DNA of 64,000 nucleotides from a virus: positions 1-64,000 of the IMG/VR virus record IMGVR_UViG_3300025154_000064, one strand, 5' to 3'. Position numbers and translations under genes: made by a program. The notes beneath the pieces are model-generated. The model saw only the letters and a list, made by a program, of their open reading frames with translations, did not search any database and was not told where the DNA came from. Below, in pieces: positions 26,395 to 37,700 of the stretch (the first letter of the stretch is position 1; every line of letters begins with the position of its first letter).

Positions 26395-29300
26395 TAAAGT
26401 ACAAGAACTCGGCACTCGCTTTACCGGAGATATTAAAGACATATCTGAGAAGGTTAGACAGCTCATGGCGCTGCTCAACCAGCTCGATACGTACAGCCGG
26501 ACTTCTTCGAGCATCCTTGGCCAGGTTACCCAAAAAGCTATCGCACTTAACGGTGCGATAGCGAAAACGCCTGTTGCCAAAAACTTCGCGCAGAACAAGG
26601 TGATGCTTTCTGAGTTCCAGCTTGCCTTGGGCGGTGCCACAAACGAGTCCAAGAAGTTTCAGGCTGCGCTTACCACCCTCGGAGAAGGCAAAACCGGAAT
26701 TGCGCTGAAAACCATTAAGTCGCAGTTAGAGCAAGTCGAAAGGGCTATTGTTAAAACGGCCCAAAAAATGAAAATGCTCGGCCAGGATGGTGAGAAGTTC
26801 TTTAACGAAACAGACCGCATAAAGGCTTTCAACGACGCTCTGGCCGGCAAAACCCGGGCAACTGCGACAACCACCCGAACACCAGTCGAACCGAAGGCAC
26901 CTTCAGGCTTTCTTGACCAGATCAAAAATGCCGCAAGGGTGACACTTGCTTATGGTCTTGTTGGCTCTGCTATTGGCTCGGTAGCTATGGCTGCCAAGGC
27001 TGGTGTCGGGAATATCGTTGAGTTTGACCAGGCGCTACATAACCTTCAAGCCATTACCGAAGCGACCAACGACGAGACATCGGTGATGGGTAACCGAATC
27101 AAGCAGATCGCATCTGATACCAAATATACAGCACAACAGGTTTCAGATGGAATGACACTTCTTGGCCAGGCCGGCCTTGACGCCGCTCAGGCGACCGCTG
27201 TCATCGGCCCGGCCGCTACGTTGGCGACCGGTACCCTCAGCAAAATGGAAGAGACTGTTGATCTCCTGAGCACCACGTTGGTGGCTTTCAAGATGGATGC
27301 GGCAGAGGCTGGCCGGGTGACTGACGTCATGGCCGCAGCAGTTAATAAGTCGAAGCTTACGATTGAACAGCTCCGGACGGTTTTCAACTATGTTGGTTCT
27401 TCGGCGCACATGATTGGAATGTCTATTGAAGAACTGGCTGCATCCACGATGGTTCTTGCAAATACCGGTCTGAGAGCGTCAACAATCGGTACCGGATTGC
27501 GGCAGGTTCTTGCGAAGCTTCTATCCCCAAGTGAAAAATTAAGAGAATCGTTTGAGGCCCATAGCATATCTCTTGATGCTGTGAATCCAAAGGTCGTTGG
27601 TTTCCAACAAGCCATGAAGAACATGATCCCTATCCTGTGGGATGTAAAGAAAAATACTGTCGATATGTCTAAGGCCTATGAGCTGTTTGAGCTTCGTGGT
27701 GCCCAGGCAGCGGCCGTCCTTGTGGAATCGTTTGCCGGCGGACGATTTAAGCAGGCGTTTGAAGATACTTTAGAGATCGGATCAGCAGCAGAGATGGCAG
27801 CTAAGCAGTCTGAAGGACTTGGCGTCATGTGGGACAACCTTGTTGCGAAGGCTGGCGTGCTGGCTATCGCTTTGGGGGATCTTGGTGTTGTCGGTGCGAT
27901 GAAAGGCGTTATAAGTGTAGCAGGCCTGCTTACAGATGTTATGACAGATATGGCGAGTGTGACCGCCGATGCTTTTGACTCGCTCTTTAATTCTACTGAA
28001 AGGCAAAAGAGGCTTGCAGGAGAGCAGGTAGTAGAAAACAAGGCCGTTGTTGGGTCTCTCAAAGTTTATATCGAAGCGCTGAAGGTAACACAGAAAGAGG
28101 TCGGGACAAACAATCAGGTTTCGACTGCTCATTTGTCTATTCTGAAGAGGCTTAAGGCTGATCATCCAGAGCTGGCCGACAAGATTGATTTAACAAAGGT
28201 TTCATTTAACAGTCTTGGAACTGTCATCGCGTCAGTAAACAGGCTGATGGATGAGCACAACCAAAAGACAATGGAAGGCCGGCTCAAGAAAATATCTCTC
28301 GCAGAGTCTGCGAGAGCAGAGCTTGATAATTTAAAGGCTGAGGCAGAAAAGACGAAGGCAACTATTGCAGCGTTAAAACCTGTTTCATCTGCAAAAGGCC
28401 AGGGCCAAAACGAAATAAATAAGTCGCGAGAGATGGACATAAAATATCTTGAAGCGCACCTAAAAGATATAGAAGACAAGATAAAGCTGTCAACAAAATC
28501 AATTGATGAAACCGTTTCAGAGTGGTCTGCGGAAATAGCAAACGCACTTAAAGGGTCAGAATCGCCATCAATGGATATAGTCGATACCATGATAGGCAAC
28601 ATGATTCGACTCGGTAAAGTTTCAGAGGAAACTGGAAAAAAGATTCGTGAAAATGTCACAGCGAAACTCAAAGCTGTGGCGGTTGACCTCGACACCAGCA
28701 AGTTCACCACCAGAATAAAAACCATGGGGAAAGACTTCGACGCCGTCTTTAAAACGCTTGACCCGAGCAAGAAGCTCGATTTCGTCGAAAAGTTTGGTGC
28801 TCTGGAAAAGAAAATAGCCAATATCAGAAAAACTTATGCGAACACGGACATCCCGGGAGAGGACGTAGAAGCTGACATAGCCGCCAAGAAGAAAGCTTTT
28901 CTTGAAGAATACCTCAAGAAAGAAGCCGATTCCAGTCAAAAGGTGGTGGACAACGCCAGCCAGGAAGCGCAGAAGCGAATCCAGATCCAGGAATACTATT
29001 ATGCAACGGTCGCAAGGCTAACATCAGATGAGCATGAAAAGCTTGAGCAAGAGCGTTTGAAGGAAAGCGAGTCGATCAAGAAGCAGTACGAAGAGGCCAT
29101 CGCCATGGCCAATAAGACCGGTGAAGACAAAGCCGCTATCAAGGCAAAATATGATAACCTTCAAGATCAAAATACCAAATTCTATACGCAGAAAGGTTAC
29201 GACCTTGATCAGAAAAAATCGCTTGAATTGTTGGATATTGAGATCATCAAGAGGAAGCAACTCGCGGAACAGAAAAAACGTGACACCTTAGACGACTCTG

Positions 29301-30259
29301 GCGGATTGGCCACTATTAAAGCGAACGAAGCGAAGGTGACGATTGAGAGCCTTGAACAGGAAATGCGTATCCGGAAGGACTTCCGGGATAAGACCATCGC
29401 TAATTACAAGGAAGGTTCGAATGATGCCATCGCAGCTGAGAAGGCCTATCAGGCAGCCGTTCTTAAGGTTGGCGAGGCTATCACGGATGAGGATGAGCGC
29501 CAACATGCGCTAAGGGTGCAGCAGACCGTAAAAGAGCTTAAAATGAAGCTGAAGATGGTGCAGGAATACTCGGTTGAATATTACCGGATCATGGAGGAGC
29601 TTCGTAAGCTTGATGAGATAGAGCCGATATCGGATGAAGAACGCCTCGCCGGATCGCTTGACTGGGTGGATGGCATTAGGCTCGGGTTGATCCGTTCCGC
29701 AAAAGAGCAGAAAACCCAAGCGCAACACATTGCTGATATCTGGCAGAACGCAACGAATGCGATAGGCGATGGATTCGGGACGCTTTTTGAGGATGTTCTG
29801 GTTGGGAAGGTTAAGAGCGCCGGTGACTATATCGTCAGCTTTTTAAGCTCTGTGGCCAAGTCGGTCAACAACGTTCTGGCCAACGCTATTGGTCAGGGGA
29901 TAGCGACTACCATAGGCGGGATGTTTTCTGGCGGAAGTGCCGGCCAGAGCCCTTATGACTCTGGGATAGCCATGGCGCAGGGTGGATGGATAACCGAGCC
30001 AATCGTCGGCCGCGGTATCAACACCGGCAAGAGGTATACTCTCGGAGAGCGCGGCCCAGAGCTGGTCACGCCAGCCGGCCAAGTGCGGCCGGATTCATTC
30101 CCGCCGAGTGTTTCAGTCATAATAAACAATAACACAGGATCAAACATGAAAAGCCAGCAATCAAATGCCAGGTTTGATGGTCAACAGTGGGTTGTAACAA
30201 CGCTGATTGATGCTATAGATCGAAATGTTAACGGCATAAGAGGCATGCTTGGCGGATAA
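26387..30259 (+). CDS. Tape measure protein (TP901-like core)
   Basis: 1290 aa, helical; FDQAL..LQAIT, GLRASTIGTGLR, C-terminal MAQGG...GERGPE. Confidence 0.92.
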   Translation: MGDKVQELGTRFTGDIKDISEKVRQLMALLNQLDTYSRTSSSILGQVTQKAIALNGAIAKTPVAKNFAQNKVMLSEFQLALGGATNESKKFQAALTTLGEGKTGIALKTIKSQLEQVERAIVKTAQKMKMLGQDGEKFFNETDRIKAFNDALAGKTRATATTTRTPVEPKAPSGFLDQIKNAARVTLAYGLVGSAIGSVAMAAKAGVGNIVEFDQALHNLQAITEATNDETSVMGNRIKQIASDTKYTAQQVSDGMTLLGQAGLDAAQATAVIGPAATLATGTLSKMEETVDLLSTTLVAFKMDAAEAGRVTDVMAAAVNKSKLTIEQLRTVFNYVGSSAHMIGMSIEELAASTMVLANTGLRASTIGTGLRQVLAKLLSPSEKLRESFEAHSISLDAVNPKVVGFQQAMKNMIPILWDVKKNTVDMSKAYELFELRGAQAAAVLVESFAGGRFKQAFEDTLEIGSAAEMAAKQSEGLGVMWDNLVAKAGVLAIALGDLGVVGAMKGVISVAGLLTDVMTDMASVTADAFDSLFNSTERQKRLAGEQVVENKAVVGSLKVYIEALKVTQKEVGTNNQVSTAHLSILKRLKADHPELADKIDLTKVSFNSLGTVIASVNRLMDEHNQKTMEGRLKKISLAESARAELDNLKAEAEKTKATIAALKPVSSAKGQGQNEINKSREMDIKYLEAHLKDIEDKIKLSTKSIDETVSEWSAEIANALKGSESPSMDIVDTMIGNMIRLGKVSEETGKKIRENVTAKLKAVAVDLDTSKFTTRIKTMGKDFDAVFKTLDPSKKLDFVEKFGALEKKIANIRKTYANTDIPGEDVEADIAAKKKAFLEEYLKKEADSSQKVVDNASQEAQKRIQIQEYYYATVARLTSDEHEKLEQERLKESESIKKQYEEAIAMANKTGEDKAAIKAKYDNLQDQNTKFYTQKGYDLDQKKSLELLDIEIIKRKQLAEQKKRDTLDDSGGLATIKANEAKVTIESLEQEMRIRKDFRDKTIANYKEGSNDAIAAEKAYQAAVLKVGEAITDEDERQHALRVQQTVKELKMKLKMVQEYSVEYYRIMEELRKLDEIEPISDEERLAGSLDWVDGIRLGLIRSAKEQKTQAQHIADIWQNATNAIGDGFGTLFEDVLVGKVKSAGDYIVSFLSSVAKSVNNVLANAIGQGIATTIGGMFSGGSAGQSPYDSGIAMAQGGWITEPIVGRGINTGKRYTLGERGPELVTPAGQVRPDSFPPSVSVIINNNTGSNMKSQQSNARFDGQQWVVTTLIDAIDRNVNGIRGMLGG

Positions 30260-30265
30260 AAAGTG

Positions 30266-30400
30266 TTGCAAAATTCAAAAATAAATTATATGCAGGACAA
30301 AATTGAATTAAGTTTGTCCTGGCTGGCCACCTTGGACAAAAAAAATAGGGTATGATCGGGGTATCCATTTACTGATCATACCTTTTTTTTGTCCAAGGTG
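30266..30400 (+). promoter_or_regulatory. Tail-tip operon promoter, operators and switch-like leader
   Basis: TTGCAA at 30266; operators at 30272 and 30294; alternative stems 30313-30340 vs 30328-30400. Confidence 0.6.
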
Positions 30401-30404
30401 ACTT

Positions 30405-30752
30405 ATGGCAGATGTAAATTGGCCCACCATAGAAGCACCCCATCCGGATCTCTTTTCCCAGAAGCTTATTAAACCAAAGCACAAGACCGAGACCAGCAAT
30501 GGCCGGCTGATTACCCGGGCCAAGTTCACTGGCTTCCGGTGGGAGTTTACTTTGGGTTGGGATATGATTTCAGACAGCGATTACGAAGACCTTTATGAGT
30601 TCTTTGATTCAATGGGTGGTGGCGTATTTAATTGGACACACATCAAAACCGGTGTGGTTTATGAATGTGTCTTCCTTGACGACGAAATGCCGGAGGCCAA
30701 ACCTTTTCATCTGCATTGGGAACTCAAAGGTCTAAGGATAGGTGAAAGATAA
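30405..30752 (+). CDS. Distal tail protein (lambda gpM-like)
   Basis: LYEFFDSMGGGVFNWTH; follows the tape measure. Confidence 0.7.
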   Translation: MADVNWPTIEAPHPDLFSQKLIKPKHKTETSNGRLITRAKFTGFRWEFTLGWDMISDSDYEDLYEFFDSMGGGVFNWTHIKTGVVYECVFLDDEMPEAKPFHLHWELKGLRIGER

Positions 30753-31394
30753 ATGCTTCCTCTCGGAACGAATTACCTTAAGGCCAAGAACAAGTTGTCG
30801 GATGACAACGCCTGGATTGTTCTGCTTCAGATTGATTTTGAAGATGAGACCTTGAGGCTATGCGCGAACAATCAGGATATCATATGGAACGGTGAAGAGT
30901 GGATCGCGTTCCCCTTCTCTCTTGACGTTATCAAAGATGCCACCAAGGATGAAGTCCCAAAGGTGGTCGTTAGGGTCGCCAACGTAAACCAGGCAGTCCA
31001 ATACCATGTTGAACAGTATGCCGGCGGTGTCGGATCAGATGTGACCGTCCGGGTGATCTACACCGGTGACCTTGATGAGGTCGTGAAGATACCGACGTTT
31101 AAATTCAAGGTTTCTGGGTGCCGGTGTGACGCCGTTTGGGCCACTTTTGAGTTGGGAGCCTCCTCTCCCTACTTGAGTCCTGATCCAAGGGATCGTATCC
31201 TGAAGAACTTTTGCCGGTTTCGGTTCCCGCATAGTTCAGACCCGCGGTGCCCTTATACAGGGACCGTATACACCTCGTGCAATAAAACCCTGTCTGATTG
31301 CAAACTCAGAAACGATGATGCGCTAACTGATAAACAGGATTCAAAATACTACGGCGGGTTCCCGTCGATGGGGTCCTATGCCATCTACCTTTGA
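30753..31394 (+). CDS. Minor tail protein (gpL/DUF1833-like)
   Basis: WNGEEWIAFPF; C-terminal four-Cys cluster C..C..CNKTLSDC and YGGFP. Confidence 0.8.
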   Translation: MLPLGTNYLKAKNKLSDDNAWIVLLQIDFEDETLRLCANNQDIIWNGEEWIAFPFSLDVIKDATKDEVPKVVVRVANVNQAVQYHVEQYAGGVGSDVTVRVIYTGDLDEVVKIPTFKFKVSGCRCDAVWATFELGASSPYLSPDPRDRILKNFCRFRFPHSSDPRCPYTGTVYTSCNKTLSDCKLRNDDALTDKQDSKYYGGFPSMGSYAIYL

Positions 31395-31779
31395 TCATAG
31401 CAAATTCATTTTGGTTCCTTTTAAGCCTGGTGGCCGGGACTTTTCCGGCGCCGATTGCTGGGGTCTGGCCATGCTGGTCTACAAGGATTTTGGCATCGAC
31501 CTTCCGGATTTCAGAATCGCTTGCGAGGAAAGTCTCAAAATTGATTTCGCTGTTTCAGAGCAGAGGAAGACCTGGGCCCGGCTGGCAGAACCGGTGGCGC
31601 CGTGCGTTGTGGTGATCCGGATGAGCAACAAGTACCCTCGGGTGTGCAATCACCTGGGGGTTTATGTCGGCGCCGGCAAGTTTGTCCATACATTAAAAAA
31701 GCAGGGGTCTTCGGTTGTACGTATAGACCATCCCTATTTTAGCCAGAAGATTGAAGGGTATTATGAATTTCGAAAATGA
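31378..31779 (+). CDS. NlpC/P60 tail-tip protein (gpK-like)
   Basis: GRDFSGADCWGL; HLGVYVGAGKFVH. Confidence 0.9.
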   Translation: MPSTFDHSKFILVPFKPGGRDFSGADCWGLAMLVYKDFGIDLPDFRIACEESLKIDFAVSEQRKTWARLAEPVAPCVVVIRMSNKYPRVCNHLGVYVGAGKFVHTLKKQGSSVVRIDHPYFSQKIEGYYEFRK

Positions 31780-34700
31780 AGTCCTTGTGACATTTGTCCG
31801 TAACCCGTGGGAACCCTACACCTCAAGGGTTGTATCCGCCGTCCCGTTTGTCCCCGGGAAATCCATAATGGATTATTCCGTTGATGCCGGTGAAGTTCCG
31901 GTTGGATATGAGATCGTTGCCAGCCTGAATGGAAAGGTTGTCGATGACGTCGAACAAGTGGTCTTGTGCCCGGGGTGCGGGATTGTCTTTTGCGCTATTC
32001 CAATGGGTGGGGATTCCGGGAAGCAGATTCTGAGGATTGTCGCAGCTATTGTTGTTACGGTTATTGCTTATGTTTATGGCGGTCCACTTGGTGGTGCTGT
32101 CGGAAACGCTTTCGGTGCAACATGGTCGGCTGGAACGGCTGCTATTGTCGGTGGATCGATGATTGCTGTAGCCGGCGGAATCCTTATAAATGTAGCGCTT
32201 CCAATGCAATCAGGCAAGGTCTCAGGCCTTCTTGACGGCGACTGGGCCAAATCAAACAACTATGGCTGGTCAAACCCGACAAATGCGCTTGAAGAGGGTG
32301 TTGTTCTTCCCAGCCTGATCGGGACCCGCCGGTTCGCGCCGCCGCTTTTACGGTGGTACCGGTACATGGCTGAGGATGAATTCTCACAGCAACGGATTCG
32401 GCTGCAGTATGCTCTCGCAGACGACTTATTAAAGCCCATAACAGAAGAAGATATTTTTATAAATGGTGACCCCATTATATCTTTTTACTCTAAGGATTAT
32501 GTCGTTGATGCTGTCGAAGATACAGAATATTCCATAATCGTAACACTCCCAGAGAACAAAACTGTCATATTGAATTGGGGCGATGGTTCGCCAGAGGTGA
32601 CGCTTGATGAGCCGATGCAAAGCGTCTCTGTTTTGCATACCTACGCTTCAACAGACACTTTTATTCTAACCATATCTGGTAATTATAAAGATATGGAAAT
32701 AGACACAAACACCCTTCCGGTTACCGAAGAAAAACAATCTACAGCGGCATTTCACCAGACTCTTGGCGATGATTCCGAAACATACTCTTGCCCCTGGTTC
32801 AATGACTCAATCGTTGAAAATGCTTTCCCTGCTGTTGAAATCAAAGATTCCACAAGGTCTTTCGAGGCAAAATATAAATTTTCAGGTGGCTCAAGAGTTC
32901 TTTATAACTTCGTTGTCACGCGAACCACTGGCCAGCCATCAACAATGTTGTTCTTAGAATTCTTTTTCGGAAAAGGACTTTACAGCATTGTCGATGATAC
33001 CACTCACCGAGGGTACACAGCTGATTGGCGAGACATGGGTACCAGGACTAAAAAGGTGCCGTGCTATGATTATTTTATTAAAGTCAGGTACAGGAAGGTC
33101 GGAACTGAACCATGGACAACTATTGATCTACCCAAAGTTGCTCCGCCAACAACCTTTGAGACGCCATTCAGGGTCGCATATTCAATTACCGATTTAGAGC
33201 TGTCAAATTATGAAATCCAATATATGGGGGACTATTTAGACATAGATGAACGGGCTTATGGCTCTATTATATTGGAAAAACTTTGTGGTTATACAAGCAT
33301 TACGGGCGCTCAAACCTTTTCTACGAACGGTTCTGATGTAACCAAGGTAGGCCTCGGTCTCATAATGCCAAATGGTATTTATCATCTCAAGACGGATGGC
33401 ACTAAAGAGAATCATTCCATAACGGTAAACGTAGATGCCAGGGCATATGGAACGACACCTTGGCTTTACAGTAAAACAAAAACCTTTAGTGATGCAACAG
33501 CCAGCGCTCTCAGGGCGATCGTTGTTTTCGAGAACTTGCCTCCAGACAAGTATGAATTAAGAGCTTACATAAGCGGCGTTGTCGAAGAAGATATCCAATA
33601 TGTAGCGATGCTTTATGCCGAATTTCTTCAAGAGGGAACGAACGACATAATGATTCACCGTGGTGTATCGGTCCTTTCTCTCGAATTTTTGGCCACCGAA
33701 AAGCTCAATTCGATGCCCCTCGTTGAGGTCAAGGCCACTTGCGATGATTATGTAGAAAACCGGCTTTCAACCAATCCGGCCTGGGCGGCGTATTACCGGC
33801 TGATTGATAAACATGGTGTCATGGCGGAAGATATCCTCTTTGACGAATTCGAATCGTGGGCCGAAACTTGCGACGCCGAAGGATATAAAATAGGTCTTTA
33901 TCTTGATACCCAGTTTAACCTTCATGACGTTCTTGGCCAAATCGGTATGGCTGGCAAGGCGTCGGTAATCCGCCGCGGCACGAAATGGGGGGTTATTCAG
34001 GATGCTGTCGCTACGCCTGTTCAGATGTTTTCAATGGAAAACATCACCATGGACTCTTTCGAGGAAACCTTTCTTAGCGCAGACGAAAAAGCGAATACAA
34101 TCCTTGCGTGGTATTTTGATGAGGAAAACGATTATAGAAGAACATCCATTGAGGTTAGGGACCCAAGCGTCAATAGTTTAGATGCGATCAAGAAGGTTGA
34201 GGTGTCCCTGTATGGCGTTACCAACAAGGCTCAGGCTGTAAAGATAGCCGTTTCACTCTTGAATCATACTCGGCTGGTGAATCGCACGGTGTCTTGGCTT
34301 GCAGATGTGGACGCGATAGCCTGCCAGGTCGGTGACGTTGTTTACTTCCAGCATGAGGTCCCCATGTGGGGGCACGCCGCCGGACGTGTTGTCTCTTCAA
34401 CGCTAAATTCTGTCACGATAGACAGGCCTTCTGATTATTCCGGTGAAATCGATGGCGTTTCGATATCGACCTTTACTTTCAAGATTTTTGTTCGGCACCA
34501 GGAACCCAATACCAGTGGCGAATATGATTCTATCGAGATTTTCAATATCGTAAACCCATACCCTAACGATGATGTCGTAACATATACCCTGCAAAGTCCC
34601 GCTGTTTGGTCGAGGCTTCCTGAAAAAGACAGCATCGTTTCCATTGGTCGCATCACCGGGACAGAGCAGAGCACCGGGAATATCAGGACCAGTGTTAAAA

Positions 34701-37700
34701 AATTTCGCGTTCTCAATATAGAGCGATACGAAGACCAAACCTTCAAGATTACGGCCTTGGAATATTACGATGATGCCTATGAAACTGATTATATCGTTGA
34801 TCTTCCGGCTATAGAATCTGGCCTTACCAAAATTGATTTGGTATCAGCCGACACCGGTTGGCACATTTCGGGAAGAGTGAAGCATAACTGCATCCACCTT
34901 ACATGGTTTGGGAACGTAGCCAAGTATTATATCCTTTATCGTTACAAGACAAGCTCTGGGTGGAGTTCCTGGACCATTGCCGGGGACACGAGCAAAAACC
35001 ATTTTGATATTTATGGCTTGCAGACCGGGCTCACCTATCAGTTCGCTGTTACCATGAATGTTGATAACCCCCTTGGTGGCGCTACCATCATTATCGATTA
35101 CAACGAAGCTGATACGGCCATAGACCCATCGACTCTTCCGGCCGTGACGAACCTACGTGTTGTTGGCGGCACCGATGTCTTTAGTGGGACATCAATTGAA
35201 ATTACCTGGGATGAGGTCGCTTACTTTACATTCCATGCTTACAAAGTCGAAGTCAGAAAAACGTCCGATCCGACGGTGCTGCTCAGGACAGAATTAGTCA
35301 CTCAAAACAAATTCGCATATAAATTATGGATGAACATTTTAGATAACAATTGGATACCAAGCGTTGATATCCGATTCGTTGTTTATATGGTTGATGAGTA
35401 TGGGAACGCTGGGCCCGGGGTTTTCATTGATGTGTCGAAGAGCGACACCGATGAAATTACCGGCCTCCAAGTAAAGGGTGGCGGCGTAACGTTCGAGACC
35501 AGGGATCTAAGCGTTGAATGGACGCCTCCTGCGACAATGCCGTCTTTCAACCGGTATGTTATTGAGGTCCGCCACGGCGTTACTCTCAAGCGAACCTATT
35601 ATAGCATTTCACCGACATTTGATTACACCTTTGAGATGAATAAGACTGATGGCGACGGCACCCCGAGCCCAGTTATCGTTATAGCAGTCAAGGTTGAAGA
35701 CAGTTTCGGAGCTGTGACGACTGGGGTTTCACAGGCCTTCACGAACTATGCTCCCGCGGCCGTGACCGGCCTTCAGGTAAAAGGTGGAGGCCTTGTCTTC
35801 AACGCCAGTGATCTTGAGGTGGAATGGACAGGTCCGTCACCCATTCCGGATGACTTTGAGAGATACCGCATCGATTTTGATCATGGCGCTTCGACACTGA
35901 GAACCATCTACACTACCGAATTGTCAACGGCCTATACGTATTGGATGAACACAATGGATGGCGGGGAGGCGGGCCCGGCCGGCGAAGTCGGTGTTACCGT
36001 CTACACCGTTGACTGCTTTAATCAAAGCTCTGTCGCAGCTGAAGGGACTTTTACCAACCCAGCGCCGGCCCCTGTTTCTGGACTTTCAGGCAGGGCCTAT
36101 ATGGCCGGGGCCGAGTTCACCTGGTATGCAAGTACCGCAAAAGATTTTGCATATTACGAGTATAAGTGCACGCTTGACGATAGCGCTTGGCCAACAGATT
36201 GGACAAGAACAAATAATCAGCTCTTTATTCGAATGCTTTCAGCTGATGAAGCAGCTGCGCACGATACAATTTATTTCAAAATCCGTGTTCTCGATTCAAT
36301 GGGCAACTTTTCTACCGAAGAGGCCACCTTCGTTGAAGTTGATCAGCTGTATGTTGAACCCACTGCGATTGACGACTTCGCTGATATTTCTGCCGGGTTC
36401 CCGAGGATACCTGTGGTTGTTGGTGACACCTTCACAAACAATTCACCAACCACCGGGAAGGTATCATGGAATGCGCACCATCTATTCTATAACGGCACCG
36501 ATTATAGCATACTTGCCGGAGAAACAGGCGTTTCCGCAAATGGTGACGCTATCTATATCTGGTGGGACAATGGAGCGAATACTTACAATTCGTCAACTGC
36601 CGGGGATCATCCTTCGGATCTAATGGGCGTTGGCGATTTTATTATCGCTGTCAACACGAATGGTTCCGTCACCATGGCATGGAATTCTATCGCAAACCAA
36701 GTGATAGGGTCTGCCTATATTCAGAAGGCTGCCATAAACGATCTGCATGTGAATGAGCTTTCAGCATCGAAGCTTACGGCCGGGTCAGTTATGACACCTG
36801 GGGTGAAGATTGGCGGCGTTGACACATTGAGCACGCCGGTTGCAGCGAGCCTCTACATAACAGCCGATAGCATTGGGTATTGGGACGGGTCTGCATGGCA
36901 GTCTCTCATAAAAAATGATGGCACATGGAAGTTCGGTGGCGATGCGAACGCTTATATTGAATGGACCGGCACTCAGCTAAATATCAAGGGGTCGATTGTC
37001 CAGTCACCTGCCGGAACGACCTTTCCTGTTCCTTGCTGGCGCGGTGCCTATGACGCTGGGACAACATACTACAGGGGAGATGTTGTATATTCATCTGGAA
37101 CGTCTTGGATTTACATAAACACAACTTCAGGTGCCGGCCACACGCCAGCTGACGATGCCTATTGGGACATCTATGCTCAGCAGGGCGCAACAGGCGAGAC
37201 AGGTGAGGCTGGAGCTGTTGGGTATAACGCTGCAACGCTTACTGCCTATCTTCGAAGCGCCACGACTCCAGCGACGACCCCGGGAGCGTTGACATATACT
37301 TTTTCAACGGCCTCTTGGACACCGGGAAACTCATGGTCAAAGACAGTTCCATCCGGTACCGATCCGGTATGGGCGGTCGCAGTTACGGCCTACTCAAACA
37401 CCGATACTGATAGCATTCTTTCAACAGATTGGAGCGCTCCGGTTCAGGTTTTTGCCAACGGCGAAACGGGCGCCAGCGGCCTGAATGTTGCGACGGCATA
37501 TCTTTACCAGAGGACAGCTTCCAGCACTGCGCCAACGGCTATGCCTACCGCAGCCTTAACTTTCACATTTGCAACGGGTGCCATCACCGGCACCCCTGGC
37601 AACAGCTGGACGGCGGCGATACCGGCGCTTGACGCCGCAAAGCCTTATCTTTGGGTGACGACGGCAACCGCAAGCAATACGGCGGCAACTGATTCGGTAG

